Positions 36,010 to 52,512 are shown, counted from the first letter of the stretch. The stretch: 62,563 nt of DNA from Pseudomonadota bacterium (GCA_034189125.1 JAXHVB010000068.1:1-62563), one strand, 5' to 3'. Program-made: numbers and translations. The notes: generated by a model from the sequence alone, not told the origin.

Positions 36010-38246
36010 CGTAAGGGGGGGTCCTGTTCGTTCTGTTCGCTGCGCCGGTGGGCACTGTTTTTGATGCGGTGCACTCGGCTGACCTCGGGGATGGCGCGGA
36101 GCCGGCGTAGGATGCGGGCCATGTGTTGCCGGTCGTGGACACTGACTTCCAGGGTCAGGATGGTGAGGCGGCCATCGCGGTCTGCCGTATTGATTTTCTC
36201 GATGTTGCCCTGCGACGCCGCAACGGCAGTGGCCACGGTGGCCAGCATGCCGCGCTTGTTTTCCATTTCGACCCTCAGAGCGCCGACGAAATCCTGGTTG
36301 AGGGCGTTGTCCCAACGCAGTGCGATACAGCGGTCTGGATCACTGAGCAGGCCGACCACGTTGCGGCAGCCTTCAAGGTGGACCGTGATGCCTCGACCGC
36401 TGCTGAGGTGACCGACCACCGCATCTCCCGGGATCGGGTAGCAGCAACGTGCATAGTTGAGCAGCAGGCCCTCGGTGCCGCTGATCGCCAGAGGCGTATC
36501 CAGCCCCGGTGTGCCTTGACCAACCCCAATCCCGTGCGCTGAAGCGTCCACCGGCTGCAGTCGGTGAGCAATGATGTGGGCCATGCGGTTGCCGAGGCCA
36601 ATCTCCCCCAGCAAAGCGTCGAAATCGGGCAGTTGGTACTCGGTGAGCAACGCGACGATGCGGGCCTCGGGAATGTCTTGCGAACCCAGTCCCAAGGCCA
36701 GCAGGGACTTGTCCAATAGTTTGCGGCCGAGCGCAACCGACTCCGATTTCCGCTGGTGCTTGAGGTAATGCCGGATGCTGGTGCGGGCCTTGGCAGACAC
36801 CGCGTAGTTGAGCCAGGCGATGTTGGGTTTTGCCCCGGGTGCGGTGATGATTTTCACCGACTGCCCGCTTTGGAGCGGTTCGCTCAGGGGGGCCAAGCGG
36901 CCGTTGATTCTACAGGCGACGCAGGTGTTGCCGACGTCGGTGTGGACTGCGTAGGCGAAGTCCACGGCCGTGGCCCCCTTGGGCAACTCCAAGATCTCGC
37001 CCTTGGGTGTGAACACGTACACTTCGTCCGGAAACAGGTCGAGCTTGACGTTTTCAATGAACTCCAGTGAGTCGCCCGCGGTTTGCTGAATCTCGAGAAG
37101 CCCTTCCACCCAGGCCTGCGTGCGTGTTGCGTTGCGGTGGGCGAGCTCGGGATTGGCTTTGTACAGCCAATGGGCCGCGATGCCGTGTCGTGCCATTGCG
37201 TCCATCTGGTGGGTGCGCATTTGCAATTCGACGGGCATGCCCTGGGTTGCGATCAGCGTTGTGTGTAGGGATTGGTAGCCGTTTACTTTGGGAATGGCTA
37301 TGTAGTCTTTGAATCTGCCAGGAATCGGCTTGTACAGGTTATGCAGCACCCCGAGCACGCGGTAACAGGTGTCGACCCCATCGACCAGGATCCGCACCCC
37401 CACGAGGTCCATGATCTCGTGGAACGGTTTTCTCTGGAGGCGCATTTTTTGGTAGACGCTGTACGGGCGCTTTTCGCGGCCAATCACTTTGGCGGCAATC
37501 TGTTCTTGCTCCAGGCGTGCTTCAATCGCGCGAACCACGCCGCCGAGGGCTTCGTGTCGCCCGCCCTTGGCGGCCTCGATCGCCGCGCGGATGCGCCGAG
37601 CGCGCATCGGATGCAGGGCATGAAAGCCGAGCTCTTCCAGCTCCACGCACAGACTGCGCATGCCGAGGCGGTTGGCGATGGGTGCGTAGATTTCGAGGGT
37701 CTCTCGGGCGATGCGGCGGCGCTTTTCCGGTTGCAGTACCCCCAGGGTGCGCATGTTGTGGAGGCGGTCGGCCAGTTTGACGAGAATGACCCGGATGTCC
37801 CGGGCCATGGCCATGGTCATTTTCAGAAAGTTTTCGGCTTGGGCTTCGGCCCGAGAAGCGAACTGGATTTGTGTGAGCTTGCTGACCCCGTCGACCAGTT
37901 CGGCGACCTCATTCCCGAACTCATGACGCAACTCCTCTTTGCTCGCGCAGGTGTCCTCGATGACATCGTGCAGCAGCGCGGCGACCACGGTGTGGTGGTC
38001 CATGTGCATTTCGGCGAGGATGCAGGCCGCGGCCACCGGGTGGGTGATGTAGGGTTCGCCGCTCTTGCGGATCTGCTCCGCATGGGCATTGGCTGCAAAA
38101 TGAAACGCCCGGGTGATGGTGTCGAGCTGGGGGGAATCCAAATACGTGCTGGTGAGGGCACGCAGCTGCTGAAAAGCCGGCAGATTGCTGTCGACTCTGG
38201 CAGGGTCCGCGGGGGACGTTGAGGTTTCGAGCGCCTGCTCAGCCAT
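36006..38246 (-). CDS. spoT: bifunctional (p)ppGpp synthetase/hydrolase
   Basis: HD domain HPVAAACILAEMHMDHHTVVAALLHDVIEDT, synthetase block YQSLHTTL, plus TGS and ACT regions. Position downstream of rpoZ. Confidence 0.95.
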   Translation of the reverse strand: MAEQALETSTSPADPARVDSNLPAFQQLRALTSTYLDSPQLDTITRAFHFAANAHAEQIRKSGEPYITHPVAAACILAEMHMDHHTVVAALLHDVIEDTCASKEELRHEFGNEVAELVDGVSKLTQIQFASRAEAQAENFLKMTMAMARDIRVILVKLADRLHNMRTLGVLQPEKRRRIARETLEIYAPIANRLGMRSLCVELEELGFHALHPMRARRIRAAIEAAKGGRHEALGGVVRAIEARLEQEQIAAKVIGREKRPYSVYQKMRLQRKPFHEIMDLVGVRILVDGVDTCYRVLGVLHNLYKPIPGRFKDYIAIPKVNGYQSLHTTLIATQGMPVELQMRTHQMDAMARHGIAAHWLYKANPELAHRNATRTQAWVEGLLEIQQTAGDSLEFIENVKLDLFPDEVYVFTPKGEILELPKGATAVDFAYAVHTDVGNTCVACRINGRLAPLSEPLQSGQSVKIITAPGAKPNIAWLNYAVSAKARTSIRHYLKHQRKSESVALGRKLLDKSLLALGLGSQDIPEARIVALLTEYQLPDFDALLGEIGLGNRMAHIIAHRLQPVDASAHGIGVGQGTPGLDTPLAISGTEGLLLNYARCCYPIPGDAVVGHLSSGRGITVHLEGCRNVVGLLSDPDRCIALRWDNALNQDFVGALRVEMENKRGMLATVATAVAASQGNIEKINTADRDGRLTILTLEVSVHDRQHMARILRRLRAIPEVSRVHRIKNSAHRRSEQNEQDPPLR

Positions 38247-38276
38247 GATTTTGGGGGCTACATCTCCGCTGGGCCA

Positions 38277-38522
38277 TTACACGAGCAGGTCTTCCGTGAA
38301 CATGTCTGCCGTCGGCTTGTCTTCCGCGTCGACTTTGTCCTTGTCGATGAGGCCTTCGGCGATCTCGCGCAGGGCCACCACGGTCGGCTTGTCGTTCTCC
38401 CAGTCCACCAAAGGCTCCTTGCCCTTCACGGCGAGCTGTCGGGCGCGCTTGGCCGCCAGCATCACCAGCGAAAAGCGGTTGTCTACGTGGTCCAAGCAGT
38501 CTTCAACGGTCACGCGTGCCAT
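38277..38522 (-). CDS. rpoZ: DNA-directed RNA polymerase subunit omega
   Basis: [30 protein letters not shown]. Confidence 0.95.
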   Translation of the reverse strand: MARVTVEDCLDHVDNRFSLVMLAAKRARQLAVKGKEPLVDWENDKPTVVALREIAEGLIDKDKVDAEDKPTADMFTEDLLV

Positions 38523-38651
38523 TGGATTTCCTCTCGTTTACTGGTGTTGATCGCATGTGCGGTTGAGTTCTAAGGGCGCCACACGGGCCCCGCTGGCCGG
38601 TGTTAAATCGCACCAAAAACAAAGCCCTGCGTTTGATTCTACTCTTCACGG

Positions 38652-40165
<1,514 letters not shown>

Positions 40166-40334
40166 GGAGTCGGGGAGCCTTGGGTGCCGGTGGTTTGGGC
40201 GTCGATCAGCCGGCGAATGTACTGGAGGTGCCCTGGCCACTGCAAGGTGACCCACATCTCGGCGTGGGCGGCAGCCGACGAGTGGTCTGGAGGTATACTG
40301 CGCAGGGTCAGTCACAGGTTGTTTTGGAGTTTGT

Positions 40335-41075
40335 ATGCGAGCCAGCGGTCGCCAAGCGCACGAGTTGCGTCCCGTCCAGATTACCCGCCACTACACCCGG
40401 CACGCCGAAGGTGCGGTATTGGTGGAGTTCGGCAGCACCAAGGTGATCTGCACGGCGAGTGTGGAGACCGGCGTACCCCGGTTTTTGCGGGGACGCGGAC
40501 AGGGTTGGGTGACGGCAGAGTACGGCATGCTGCCCCGGGCGACCGGAAGCCGCAATGCGCGCGAAGCGGTGCGCGGAAAACAAGGTGGGCGCACCTTAGA
40601 AATCCAGCGCCTGATCGGAAGATCGCTGCGGGCAGCGGTGGACCTGCGCGGTCTGGGTGAACACACCATCACGGTGGATTGCGACGTGATCCAAGCCGAT
40701 GGCGGTACGCGAACCGCATCGATCACCGGGGCCTGTGTGGCCCTGGTGGATGCCATTCGTTACCTGCAGCGGCGCCGGCTGATCGCGGGTGACCCGCTGC
40801 GCTTTCTGGTTGCTTCGGTTTCCGTGGGGGTGGTGGGTGGCCGGCCCCTCTTGGACCTCGACTACGCAGAGGACTCGACCGCTGAAACCGACATGAACGT
40901 GGTCATGGCACAAGACGGTCGTTTCATCGAAGTGCAGGGCACTGCCGAAGGCGCGCCCTACAACCGAGAGGAACTCGACCAAATGCTCCACTTGGCGGAG
41001 GGGGCGGTTGCCTCTCTGGTGGCCGCTCAACGCGACGCACTGGCGCAGGACGACGCCCCGAGCCAGGCAGGGTAA
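40335..41075 (+). CDS. rph: ribonuclease PH
   Basis: [41 protein letters not shown]...[14 protein letters not shown]...[19 protein letters not shown]. Confidence 0.95.
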   Translation: MRASGRQAHELRPVQITRHYTRHAEGAVLVEFGSTKVICTASVETGVPRFLRGRGQGWVTAEYGMLPRATGSRNAREAVRGKQGGRTLEIQRLIGRSLRAAVDLRGLGEHTITVDCDVIQADGGTRTASITGACVALVDAIRYLQRRRLIAGDPLRFLVASVSVGVVGGRPLLDLDYAEDSTAETDMNVVMAQDGRFIEVQGTAEGAPYNREELDQMLHLAEGAVASLVAAQRDALAQDDAPSQAG

Positions 41076-41084
41076 CCAAGCGGA

Positions 41085-41864
41085 TTAAAGCTCGAGGTCG
41101 TATTCGACCACCAACGGACGGTGGTCAGAGAACACCGCATCCTCGGCGATCCAGGCGCTGCGCACACGCCGGCGCAGGCTTGAAGTCACGATCTGGTAGT
41201 CCACCCGCCAGGCATCGCGCTGGTGCTCGGGGCGCTCGGGCTGGGCGGGAAACCAAGTGTAGTGGTCCGGGTCCATGTCGATTTCGCGGAACGCGTCGGC
41301 ATAGCCCGCCCCGTCCAACAGGTCGTCCATCCAGTCTTGCAGCGCCGGGTCGAGGCAGCGGTTGTCGGCGCCAGCCGCAGAGTTGAGTGAATCGATGTCC
41401 AGGTGGGCCACCTGCCAATCACCGCAGAGGATGAATTCGCGCCGTTTGTTGCGCACCTTGCCCAATTGCGCCAGCAGTTTACGGCGCATCGCGGGCGCAG
41501 CGGCCACCGCTTCGTCCGAGTCGTCGAACACAGAGGGGATCGCGAGGGAAACCACGCTGATGCGGTCGTAGTCGGCCTGCATGTACCGACCCATTGCATC
41601 GGCCTCCATTTGCCCAATGCCCCGCATCACGGCTTTGGGCTGTTTGCGCACGTAGATCGCGGCGCCGCCCCAGGCCTTTTCATAGGCATCAAAAAAGTGC
41701 GCGTGGTAGCCCTGGGGAAAGAACACGGGATCGGTGAGTTCGTGCTCCCACGCCAGGGTTTGTTGTACACAGACAACGTCCGCTGCCTGATTGAGCATCC
41801 AGTCGAAGAACCCTCGCTTTGCAGCGTTTTCGATTCCTTCGAGGTTGAGCGTGATTATTTTCAT
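41085..41864 (-). CDS. xth: exodeoxyribonuclease III family (EEP) nuclease
   Basis: MKIITLNLEGI...DVVCVQQT...GDWQVAH...DAWRVDYQ...SDHRPLVV. Confidence 0.85.
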   Translation of the reverse strand: MKIITLNLEGIENAAKRGFFDWMLNQAADVVCVQQTLAWEHELTDPVFFPQGYHAHFFDAYEKAWGGAAIYVRKQPKAVMRGIGQMEADAMGRYMQADYDRISVVSLAIPSVFDDSDEAVAAAPAMRRKLLAQLGKVRNKRREFILCGDWQVAHLDIDSLNSAAGADNRCLDPALQDWMDDLLDGAGYADAFREIDMDPDHYTWFPAQPERPEHQRDAWRVDYQIVTSSLRRRVRSAWIAEDAVFSDHRPLVVEYDLEL

Positions 41865-41935
41865 AATGGTCCCTGATTCTGGGTACCGGTATGATACCGG
41901 AGCGCCACCGACCCGTTAACCGGCTGATTTGCTTG

Positions 41936-42595
41936 ATGAACAACTACCAAGAAGCCTTTTTGCGCTTCGCCATTGCCGCGCGGGCACTGGAGTTTGGAAA
42001 CTTCACGCTCAAGTCAGGACGGCGCAGCCCCTATTTCTTCAATGCTGGACGCTTTTGCTCGGGGGCGGATTTCGCGGAATTTGGGGGGTACTACGCGGCG
42101 GCCATTGAAGCCGAAGCGCCGGAGTTCGACCTGTTGTTCGGTCCGGCCTACAAGGGCATTCCCTTGTCTGTGGCCGCTGCCATCGCCCTCTATCAAGAAA
42201 CGGGCCGGTCGGTGCCGTTGGCCTATAACCGCAAAGAGGCCAAGGGCCATGGCGAAGGAGGGCAGCTGGTGGGTGCACCTTTGCGCGGGCGGGTGTTGAT
42301 CGTCGATGACGTGATCACGGCCGGGACTGCGGTGCGCGAAGTGGTGGACCTGGTCCGATCGGCCGGTGCCGAGCCCGTTGGGGTCGTGGTTGCCCTGGAC
42401 CGCATGGAGCGGGGCAACGGGGCGCGGTCCGCGATTCAAGAGGTCGAGGACGAGTTGGGGCTGAAAGCGGTTGCCATTGCCAGCCTCGATGACCTGGTGC
42501 GCCTGCTGGAGGCCACGCCCGAATTTCGCGACGCCTTACCACGCATGCTCGATTACCGCGCGACCTATGGCGTGCGGGCGGACTCCGCCGATTAG
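41936..42595 (+). CDS. pyrE: orotate phosphoribosyltransferase
   Basis: The internal ATG gives MNNYQEAFLRFAI...LEFGNFTLKSGRRSPYFFNAG...GPAYKGIPL...VLIVDDVITAGTA. Confidence 0.95.
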   Translation: MNNYQEAFLRFAIAARALEFGNFTLKSGRRSPYFFNAGRFCSGADFAEFGGYYAAAIEAEAPEFDLLFGPAYKGIPLSVAAAIALYQETGRSVPLAYNRKEAKGHGEGGQLVGAPLRGRVLIVDDVITAGTAVREVVDLVRSAGAEPVGVVVALDRMERGNGARSAIQEVEDELGLKAVAIASLDDLVRLLEATPEFRDALPRMLDYRATYGVRADSAD

Positions 42596-42648
42596 TCTTT
42601 GTGCGGCGGGTGACATTGTCCCGCGCGGATTGGCGCTACACTTCGACG

Positions 42649-43374
42649 ATGAGTCATACACCGAACCGGCTTGGTGCCATGCAGTCTGGCTGCGTGGCGC
42701 TCGTTCTTCTCATGGCCCTGTGCTGCTCTTCGGTTGCCGCCGAGAAGCCGCAGCCGTTGCCGGCGGGCGCGATGTATCGATACGAAAATGCCCAGGGGGT
42801 GACGGTGCTGGATGACCACATCCCTCCGGAGTTCGTGGGGAATGGCTACGCGGTCCTTGCCCCCAGCGGCCGCGTGCTCCAGGAAGTACCCCCAGCGCTG
42901 ACCCCAGAGGAAGTCGCGGAGCGCGAACGCGAACAGCATGCTCAGGCCATGGAAAACGCGCGCGCGCGTGCTCAGCTCGAATACGACCGCGACCTGTTGA
43001 TTCGGTACAGCTCGGTGGCGGACATTCGCGCCGTGCAAAAGCGACGGCGCTCGGCCCTGGAGTCTCGAATCATCATCGAAGACCGCAACCGCGACACCTT
43101 GGAAGCCGAGTTGGAGCGCCAGTTGCAGCAGGCAGCCAGGATGGAGCGTGCGGGAGAGGATGTACCGGCGTTGACGCGGCGCAACGTGGAAAACATGCGC
43201 CTGCAAATTGCCGAAAGTGAGGCGCTTGTGGCCAAGTACCGCCAGGACATTGAGCGCACCGACCAAGAGTTTGCGGCGGCGATCGCGCGCTTTCGTGAGT
43301 TGAAAGGCGAGGAGGTGGCTGTGCAGGACGAAGAGCCGGTCTCTGCCCCGCCTGCCCCCCTGCTACTGCGTTGA
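42649..43374 (+). CDS. DUF4124-like secreted coiled-coil protein
   Basis: Signal-like CVALVLLMALCCSSVAA, then MYRYENAQGVTVLDDHIP (DUF4124-type) and a long charged coiled-coil region. Start ambiguous: GTG 42601, ATG 42649 or ATG 42679. Confidence 0.6.
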   Translation: MSHTPNRLGAMQSGCVALVLLMALCCSSVAAEKPQPLPAGAMYRYENAQGVTVLDDHIPPEFVGNGYAVLAPSGRVLQEVPPALTPEEVAEREREQHAQAMENARARAQLEYDRDLLIRYSSVADIRAVQKRRRSALESRIIIEDRNRDTLEAELERQLQQAARMERAGEDVPALTRRNVENMRLQIAESEALVAKYRQDIERTDQEFAAAIARFRELKGEEVAVQDEEPVSAPPAPLLLR

Positions 43375-43386
43375 CCGGCGCTGCCG

Positions 43387-47481
<4,095 letters not shown>

Positions 47482-47556
47482 GGGTGCGTTGACGGTTCCA
47501 TGCGTGGTTGCAACAGTGACCGCAGGCGTGCGCAGCGCCCTAAGCGGACAACGGAG

Positions 47557-48030
47557 TCAGTGGCTGCCGGTGTGCCCAAACCCACCGGTGCCTCGGGCGC
47601 TGGGTGCAAATTCGGCCACCAGGTCCCATTCGGCTTGTACCACCGGGACGATCACCAGTTGGGCAATGCGCTCAGCCGGTGCAATGGTGAAAGGGTCCTG
47701 CCCGCGGTTCCAGCATGAGATGAGCAGCTCGCCCTGGTAGTCGGAGTCGATCAGACCCACCAGGTTGCCGAGCACGATGCCGTGTTTGCTGCCAAGGCCG
47801 GATCGTGGCAGCACGAGTGCTGCCAGGCCTGGGTCATCCAGATGCACGGCGATTCCGGTCGAAATCATTTCCACCTGGCCCGGCGCCAGCAGCAGGGGTG
47901 TGTCCAACAGCGCGCGCAAGTCCACGCCGGCCGACCCCGGGGTGCCATGGGTCGGGAGTGGAATCTCTGTGCCGACACGCGGATCCAAGATCTTCAAGCG
48001 CACCCGCTGCGGCGCAGTTTCACTTGGCAC
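47557..48030 (-). CDS. dut: dUTP diphosphatase
   Basis: LKILDPRVG...GSAGVDLRA...[28 protein letters not shown]...[10 protein letters not shown]. The start is GTG 48030 (11-nt overlap with coaBC) or GTG 48003. Confidence 0.9.
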   Translation of the reverse strand: MPSETAPQRVRLKILDPRVGTEIPLPTHGTPGSAGVDLRALLDTPLLLAPGQVEMISTGIAVHLDDPGLAALVLPRSGLGSKHGIVLGNLVGLIDSDYQGELLISCWNRGQDPFTIAPAERIAQLVIVPVVQAEWDLVAEFAPSARGTGGFGHTGSH

Positions 48031-49231
48031 GTTGTTGTTCCAGGTACAGGGTCGTGAGTTGTTCCATGACGAGGCGGGCCAGGGTGGTTTTGGTGGTCAG
48101 CGGCAGTTTTTCATGCCCTTCAGCATGCACCAGGGTGATTTCGTTTTGGTCGCTGTTGAAGCCGATGTGGCCTTGAGAGACATCGTTTACGCAGATTAAA
48201 TCGAGCTTTTTGTCGACGATTTTTTTTCGAGCGTGGTCCAACAGGTGTTCGGTTTCGGCCGCGAAACCCACCATGAACGGGGCCGGGTCGAGCCGGGCGA
48301 TCGTGGCGATGATGTCGGGGTTGCGCACCAAATCCATTTGCAGTTGCTCGGCGGACTTTTTGATTTTCTGCGGTGATTTCCAGGCTGGCCGGTAGTCCGC
48401 CACCGCCGCAGTGCCGACAAAAATGTCGCAATCGGTGCTGGACTCCAGAGCGGCTGCGAGCATGTCCTCTGCAGTGACCACGTCAACGCGGGTGACGCCG
48501 GGGGGGGTCTCCAGGTGCACTGGGCCGGTGATCAGAATGACCTCGGCGCCTGCTTCCCAGGCGGCTGCCGCCATGGCGAACCCCATTTTCCCTGAACTGT
48601 GGTTGCTTAGAAAGCGAACCGGGTCCAGCGGTTCTCGGGTGGGTCCTGCGGTGACGACCACCTTGCGCCCGGCAAGGGCCTGGCTGCTGAAGCCGTCTAC
48701 GGTTTCGCTGATCAAGGCCGGGACCTCGAGCATGCGGCCGAGGCCGTTGTCGCCGCAGGCTTGTTCGCCGCTGCCAGGCCCAAGCACGCGCACGCCGCGC
48801 GCCACCAGCAAACGGATGTTGTCCTGGGTGGCGTCGCTGCGCCACATGCCTTGGTTCATTGCTGGAGCCACGGCAATGGGGGCGGGCGTTGCCAGGCACA
48901 GCGTGGTCAGCAGGTCATCGCCACGCCCTTGCGCCAACCGGGCCAGAAAATCCGCTGACGCTGGCGCCACCAGAACGAGGTCCGCCCATCGGGCCAGTTC
49001 GATGTGTCCCATCGCCGCCTCGGCAGCGGGGTCAAGAAGGCTGGTGTGTACCGGCAGCCCCGAGAGGGCCTGCAGGGTCAAGGGGGTGATGAATTCCTGT
49101 GCGGCGTCGGTCATCACAACACGAACCTTGGCGCCTTCTTTGCGCAGGCTGCGGACCAACTCGGCGCCCTTGTAGGCAGCGATTCCGCCCGTGATGCCGA
49201 GCAGGATCTGCTTGCCGCGCAATCGATTCAT
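48020..49231 (-). CDS. coaBC: bifunctional phosphopantothenoylcysteine decarboxylase / phosphopantothenate-cysteine ligase
   Basis: The internal ATG gives [29 protein letters not shown]...PAMNQGMW...[10 protein letters not shown].... Confidence 0.95.
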   Translation of the reverse strand: MNRLRGKQILLGITGGIAAYKGAELVRSLRKEGAKVRVVMTDAAQEFITPLTLQALSGLPVHTSLLDPAAEAAMGHIELARWADLVLVAPASADFLARLAQGRGDDLLTTLCLATPAPIAVAPAMNQGMWRSDATQDNIRLLVARGVRVLGPGSGEQACGDNGLGRMLEVPALISETVDGFSSQALAGRKVVVTAGPTREPLDPVRFLSNHSSGKMGFAMAAAAWEAGAEVILITGPVHLETPPGVTRVDVVTAEDMLAAALESSTDCDIFVGTAAVADYRPAWKSPQKIKKSAEQLQMDLVRNPDIIATIARLDPAPFMVGFAAETEHLLDHARKKIVDKKLDLICVNDVSQGHIGFNSDQNEITLVHAEGHEKLPLTTKTTLARLVMEQLTTLYLEQQRAK

Positions 49232-49373
49232 CGGGCGGGTTTCCGTGTCTGGTAAAAGCTGAGGATCGACTGGTGTTCCATGGGTGAATGATAGTCGAAG
49301 GCTGCTGTGCGCTGTACCTTGGGCTTGTGCGGCCGCACAATGGTACCGCCATGGTTGGCTGCAAGGAGGCGGC

Positions 49374-50048
49374 ATGGCGATCAAGGACTGGCCGAAACTG
49401 GAACGGCCGAGAGAAAAACTGCTGGCGCGCGGCGCTCATGCACTTTCCGACTCGGAGCTGCTGGCGATTTTCCTGCGCACTGGACTGCCTGGCCGCAGTG
49501 CAGTGGACCTGGCCAGAGAGTTGCTCGCCGAGTATGGCGGATTGCGGGCGCTGTTGGCCGCCGATGAACGCACGTTTTGCCGGGGGCCCGGCCTCGGCGC
49601 TGCCAAGTACGCGCAGTTGCAGGCGTGCCTTGAAATGGCGCGGCGCCACCTGGGTGAGCAACTGCAACGGGGTGACGTGCTCGAAAACCCAGACGCCACC
49701 TGTGCGTACTTGAGTGCTCACCTGCGTCACCGCAACCAGGAAGTGTTTGCAGTGTTGTTTCTGAACAACCGCCACCAGGTGCTGGCGTTCGAAGAATTGT
49801 TTTTCGGGACCATTGATGGCGCAGCGGTGCACCCGCGGGAGCTGGTTCGCAGGTCGCTGCACCACAACGCCGCGGCGGTGATCGCGGCCCACAACCATCC
49901 TTCGGGCGTCGCCGAACCCAGCCGTGCCGACCGTGACATCACTGCACGGCTCAAGGCCGCCCTGGCGTTGGTTGATGTGCGCCTGCTGGACCACCTGGTG
50001 ATTGGCGAGGGCGCCCCGTACTCTTTCGCTTCCCATGGACTGTTGTAG
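49374..50048 (+). CDS. radC: RadC-family (JAMM-like) protein
   Basis: The internal ATG gives [37 protein letters not shown]... and [15 protein letters not shown]. Confidence 0.9.
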   Translation: MAIKDWPKLERPREKLLARGAHALSDSELLAIFLRTGLPGRSAVDLARELLAEYGGLRALLAADERTFCRGPGLGAAKYAQLQACLEMARRHLGEQLQRGDVLENPDATCAYLSAHLRHRNQEVFAVLFLNNRHQVLAFEELFFGTIDGAAVHPRELVRRSLHHNAAAVIAAHNHPSGVAEPSRADRDITARLKAALALVDVRLLDHLVIGEGAPYSFASHGLL

Positions 50049-50080
50049 CGCTGAATGGTCCGCAACCGCATGTTTGGCAT

Positions 50081-50109
50081 TGAGAAACCGAGCCGTCTCT
50101 GGTATAAAG
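50081..50109 (+). promoter_or_regulatory. candidate sigma70 promoter for rpmB-rpmG
   Basis: TTGAGA (50081-50086), a 17-nt spacer ending in TGg, then TATAAA (50104-50109). This predicts a leader of about 160 nt before rpmB. Confidence 0.5.
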
Positions 50110-50278
50110 CTGCGCCTTTCGGTTCAAGGGCGACGCCCTGCTGATTGCGGCTGTGGGGGCGCGGTGAGGTGCAGCGCGTCCCTTATAAAGCAGATCGGGT
50201 GCGCGGGGCGAGCCCGTACGGAATGGGGTCGCGGGCCCTCAACGTCAGGTACGCGCTGAGGCGCAGAGGTGAACAAGC

Positions 50279-50515
50279 ATGTCTAAAGTCTGTCAAGTGA
50301 CCGGCAAGCGGCCGGTTACGGGAAACAACGTTTCCCACGCCAACAACAAAACCAAGCGGCGTTTCATGCCCAATCTTCAGTACCACAGGTTTTGGGTGGA
50401 GTCGGAGAAGCGCTTCGTGCGGCTGCGTATCTCCACCAAGGGGATGCGAGTCATCGACAAACGCGGCATCGACACGGTGCTGGCGGATTTGCGTGCTCGG
50501 GGCGAAAAGGTCTAG
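50279..50515 (+). CDS. rpmB: 50S ribosomal protein L28
   Basis: [34 protein letters not shown].... Confidence 0.97.
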   Translation: MSKVCQVTGKRPVTGNNVSHANNKTKRRFMPNLQYHRFWVESEKRFVRLRISTKGMRVIDKRGIDTVLADLRARGEKV

Positions 50516-50554
50516 TTCGTATTCACCGAAGGATTGCGAAGATAGGGGCACATC

Positions 50555-50710
50555 ATGCGAGACAAGATTCGATTGGTATCGAGCGCTGGAACCGGTCATT
50601 TTTATACGACCAGCAAAAACAAGCGCACCATGCCGGAAAAGATGGAGATCAAAAAGTTCGACCCAGTGGCGCGCAAGCACGTCCTGTATAAGGAAGCCAA
50701 GATCAAGTAG
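50555..50710 (+). CDS. rpmG: 50S ribosomal protein L33 (51 aa, below the ORF-track length cutoff)
   Basis: Hand translation: [51 protein letters not shown], near-identical to E. coli L33. Confidence 0.95.
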   Translation: MRDKIRLVSSAGTGHFYTTSKNKRTMPEKMEIKKFDPVARKHVLYKEAKIK

Positions 50711-50734
50711 TGGCCGTGGCTGGCGCTCGGCGCC

Positions 50735-50762
50735 AAAAAGCCCCGCTTCGGCGGGGTTTTTT
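50735..50762 (+). terminator. Rho-independent terminator after rpmG
   Basis: AAAAAGCCCCGC-TTCG-GCGGGGTTTTTT: GC stem with a UUCG tetraloop and T-tract. A second small hairpin TGGCGC-TCG-GCGCCA lies at 50721-50735. Confidence 0.75.
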
Positions 50763-50830
50763 GTGTCTGTTCCTTTGGGATGCTCGGTGTGCTTGCCCGA
50801 ATGCCTTGACGGGGCCGAGACATCCTCTGC

Positions 50831-52393
50831 ATGCTTTGCGCTGCGCGCGAGCGCCACAATGATATTTGTTCACAGCTGCGAGCGCTTTTGACCCACCGCC
50901 CCACACCCCGAACTTGCGCGCCGCATTGCCACCGACCACAGTTGTCGTGGATTGTCGGGGTTCTGCTGCTGGCCGCGGCGGTGGTTGTTCCCCACGCCCA
51001 AGCGGGACCTTGGATCGCGCCAGGCAACCCGCAGCTGCGCCATCACCTCCAACTCCTGGCCGACCACGGATACCTTAAGATTCCCCTCACCACCTGGCCC
51101 CTTGCCTGGGGCGACGTGATGGGTGCCATGCGCCGCCCCGGACCTGATGCAACGCCGGCCGTGCATGCTGCGTTTCGAGCGGTCACCCGGTCGGCGCGCG
51201 CTGCCAAGCGTGGTGGGCTGGATCGCAAACTAAAGCTGCAAGCGGCGTCGACCGCACCTTTGTACCGTGACTTTGGCCAAGGCGCCCGTGAGCAGTTTGA
51301 ATCCCAGGCGGAGCTTGAAGTGACTGGCAACCGCTGGGCGGCGCGCCTTTCGGTGACCGCGGTGGCGGACCCATCCGACGATGAGGCGGTGCGGCTGGAT
51401 GGTTCCTATATTGGCGCAGCGTTGGGGAACTGGATGGTCGTGGCCGGCGCGATGGACCGCTGGTGGGGGCCGGCGTGGGAAGGGGGTGCCATACTGGGCC
51501 ACAATGCGCGGCCCGTGCCTGCCGTGGTTATCCAGCGCAACCGGTCGGAGGCGTTCGAGCTGCCGGTGCTGCGCTGGTTCGGGCCATGGACCATGACACT
51601 CTTCAATGGCTGGCTTGAAGAGGACCGGGACTACTCGCGGGTGATGCTCTTTGGCATGCGAGTCGCTTTCAAGCCTACCCAGTACCTTGAAGTGGGGCTT
51701 TCGCGCACCGCGCAATGGGGTGGCGAGGGTCGGCCCGACGGCCTGGACACCGCGGTCGACATGTTGCTCGGGCGCGACAATTTTGGTGATGGGGACATCA
51801 CCATCACCAACCAGCCGGGCAACCAGCTTGCCGGCGGAGACGTTCGGCTGGCCTCCCCATGGCCCGCGGTGCCCGCAGCCATCTATGCTGAGGTCATTGG
51901 TGAGGACGAGGCGGGCTCCTTGCCATCGCGCTACTTGTTTACTTCCGGCATCGAGACCTGGGGGGCGTGGAGTGAGCAGGTGCCGTTTCGGTTCGTACTT
52001 GAATACAACAAGACGCGCGCCAGCGGCCACTACGACTATGCCTACAACCACCATGTGTACACGGATGGGTACCGCCACTATGGACGGTCCATGGGCCATG
52101 GCGCCGACAACGATGCAGAGCTGATTTCGGCCCACCTGAACCTGTTTGGGGCTTGGGGCTCCCGCACCGGTTTGCGCCTGGTGGCAGGGGAGTTGAACGA
52201 AAACGGGGTCGGCCAGCACGGATTTCTGAATGGCGCCGCGGACTTGCGAATGATCGAGCTGCAACAGTCCTGGACGCTGCGCGGCGCAGAGTTGGCCGTG
52301 CAGCTGGGCTGGACCGAGTTGACCGGAGCCGAGGTGCGGTCTGATTTCGAGGATGGCTTGCGGGTCGCGACCCGCTGGAGCCGGTTTTGGTAA
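50831..52393 (+). CDS. wzi: capsule assembly protein Wzi (outer-membrane)
   Basis: GPWIAPGNPQLRHHLQLLADHGYLKIPLTTWPLAWGDV is the characteristic Wzi N-terminal block. The C-terminus ends in aromatic ...RWSRFW. The true start is uncertain: 37 aa precede the signal peptide, and in-frame TTG codons at 50888 and 50942 are alternatives. Confidence 0.75.
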   Translation: MLCAARERHNDICSQLRALLTHRPTPRTCAPHCHRPQLSWIVGVLLLAAAVVVPHAQAGPWIAPGNPQLRHHLQLLADHGYLKIPLTTWPLAWGDVMGAMRRPGPDATPAVHAAFRAVTRSARAAKRGGLDRKLKLQAASTAPLYRDFGQGAREQFESQAELEVTGNRWAARLSVTAVADPSDDEAVRLDGSYIGAALGNWMVVAGAMDRWWGPAWEGGAILGHNARPVPAVVIQRNRSEAFELPVLRWFGPWTMTLFNGWLEEDRDYSRVMLFGMRVAFKPTQYLEVGLSRTAQWGGEGRPDGLDTAVDMLLGRDNFGDGDITITNQPGNQLAGGDVRLASPWPAVPAAIYAEVIGEDEAGSLPSRYLFTSGIETWGAWSEQVPFRFVLEYNKTRASGHYDYAYNHHVYTDGYRHYGRSMGHGADNDAELISAHLNLFGAWGSRTGLRLVAGELNENGVGQHGFLNGAADLRMIELQQSWTLRGAELAVQLGWTELTGAEVRSDFEDGLRVATRWSRFW

Positions 52394-52512
52394 CGCGGTC
52401 CCCTGGCCGCTGGATTCACAGAGTTGAGGAGCCTGAGCGCTTGCGTCCTTTCCCGTTTCGGCCTTGGTTGGGCTTGCTAGAACCCATGCATGGGCTGGCC
52501 AGAGTGCGCCTG

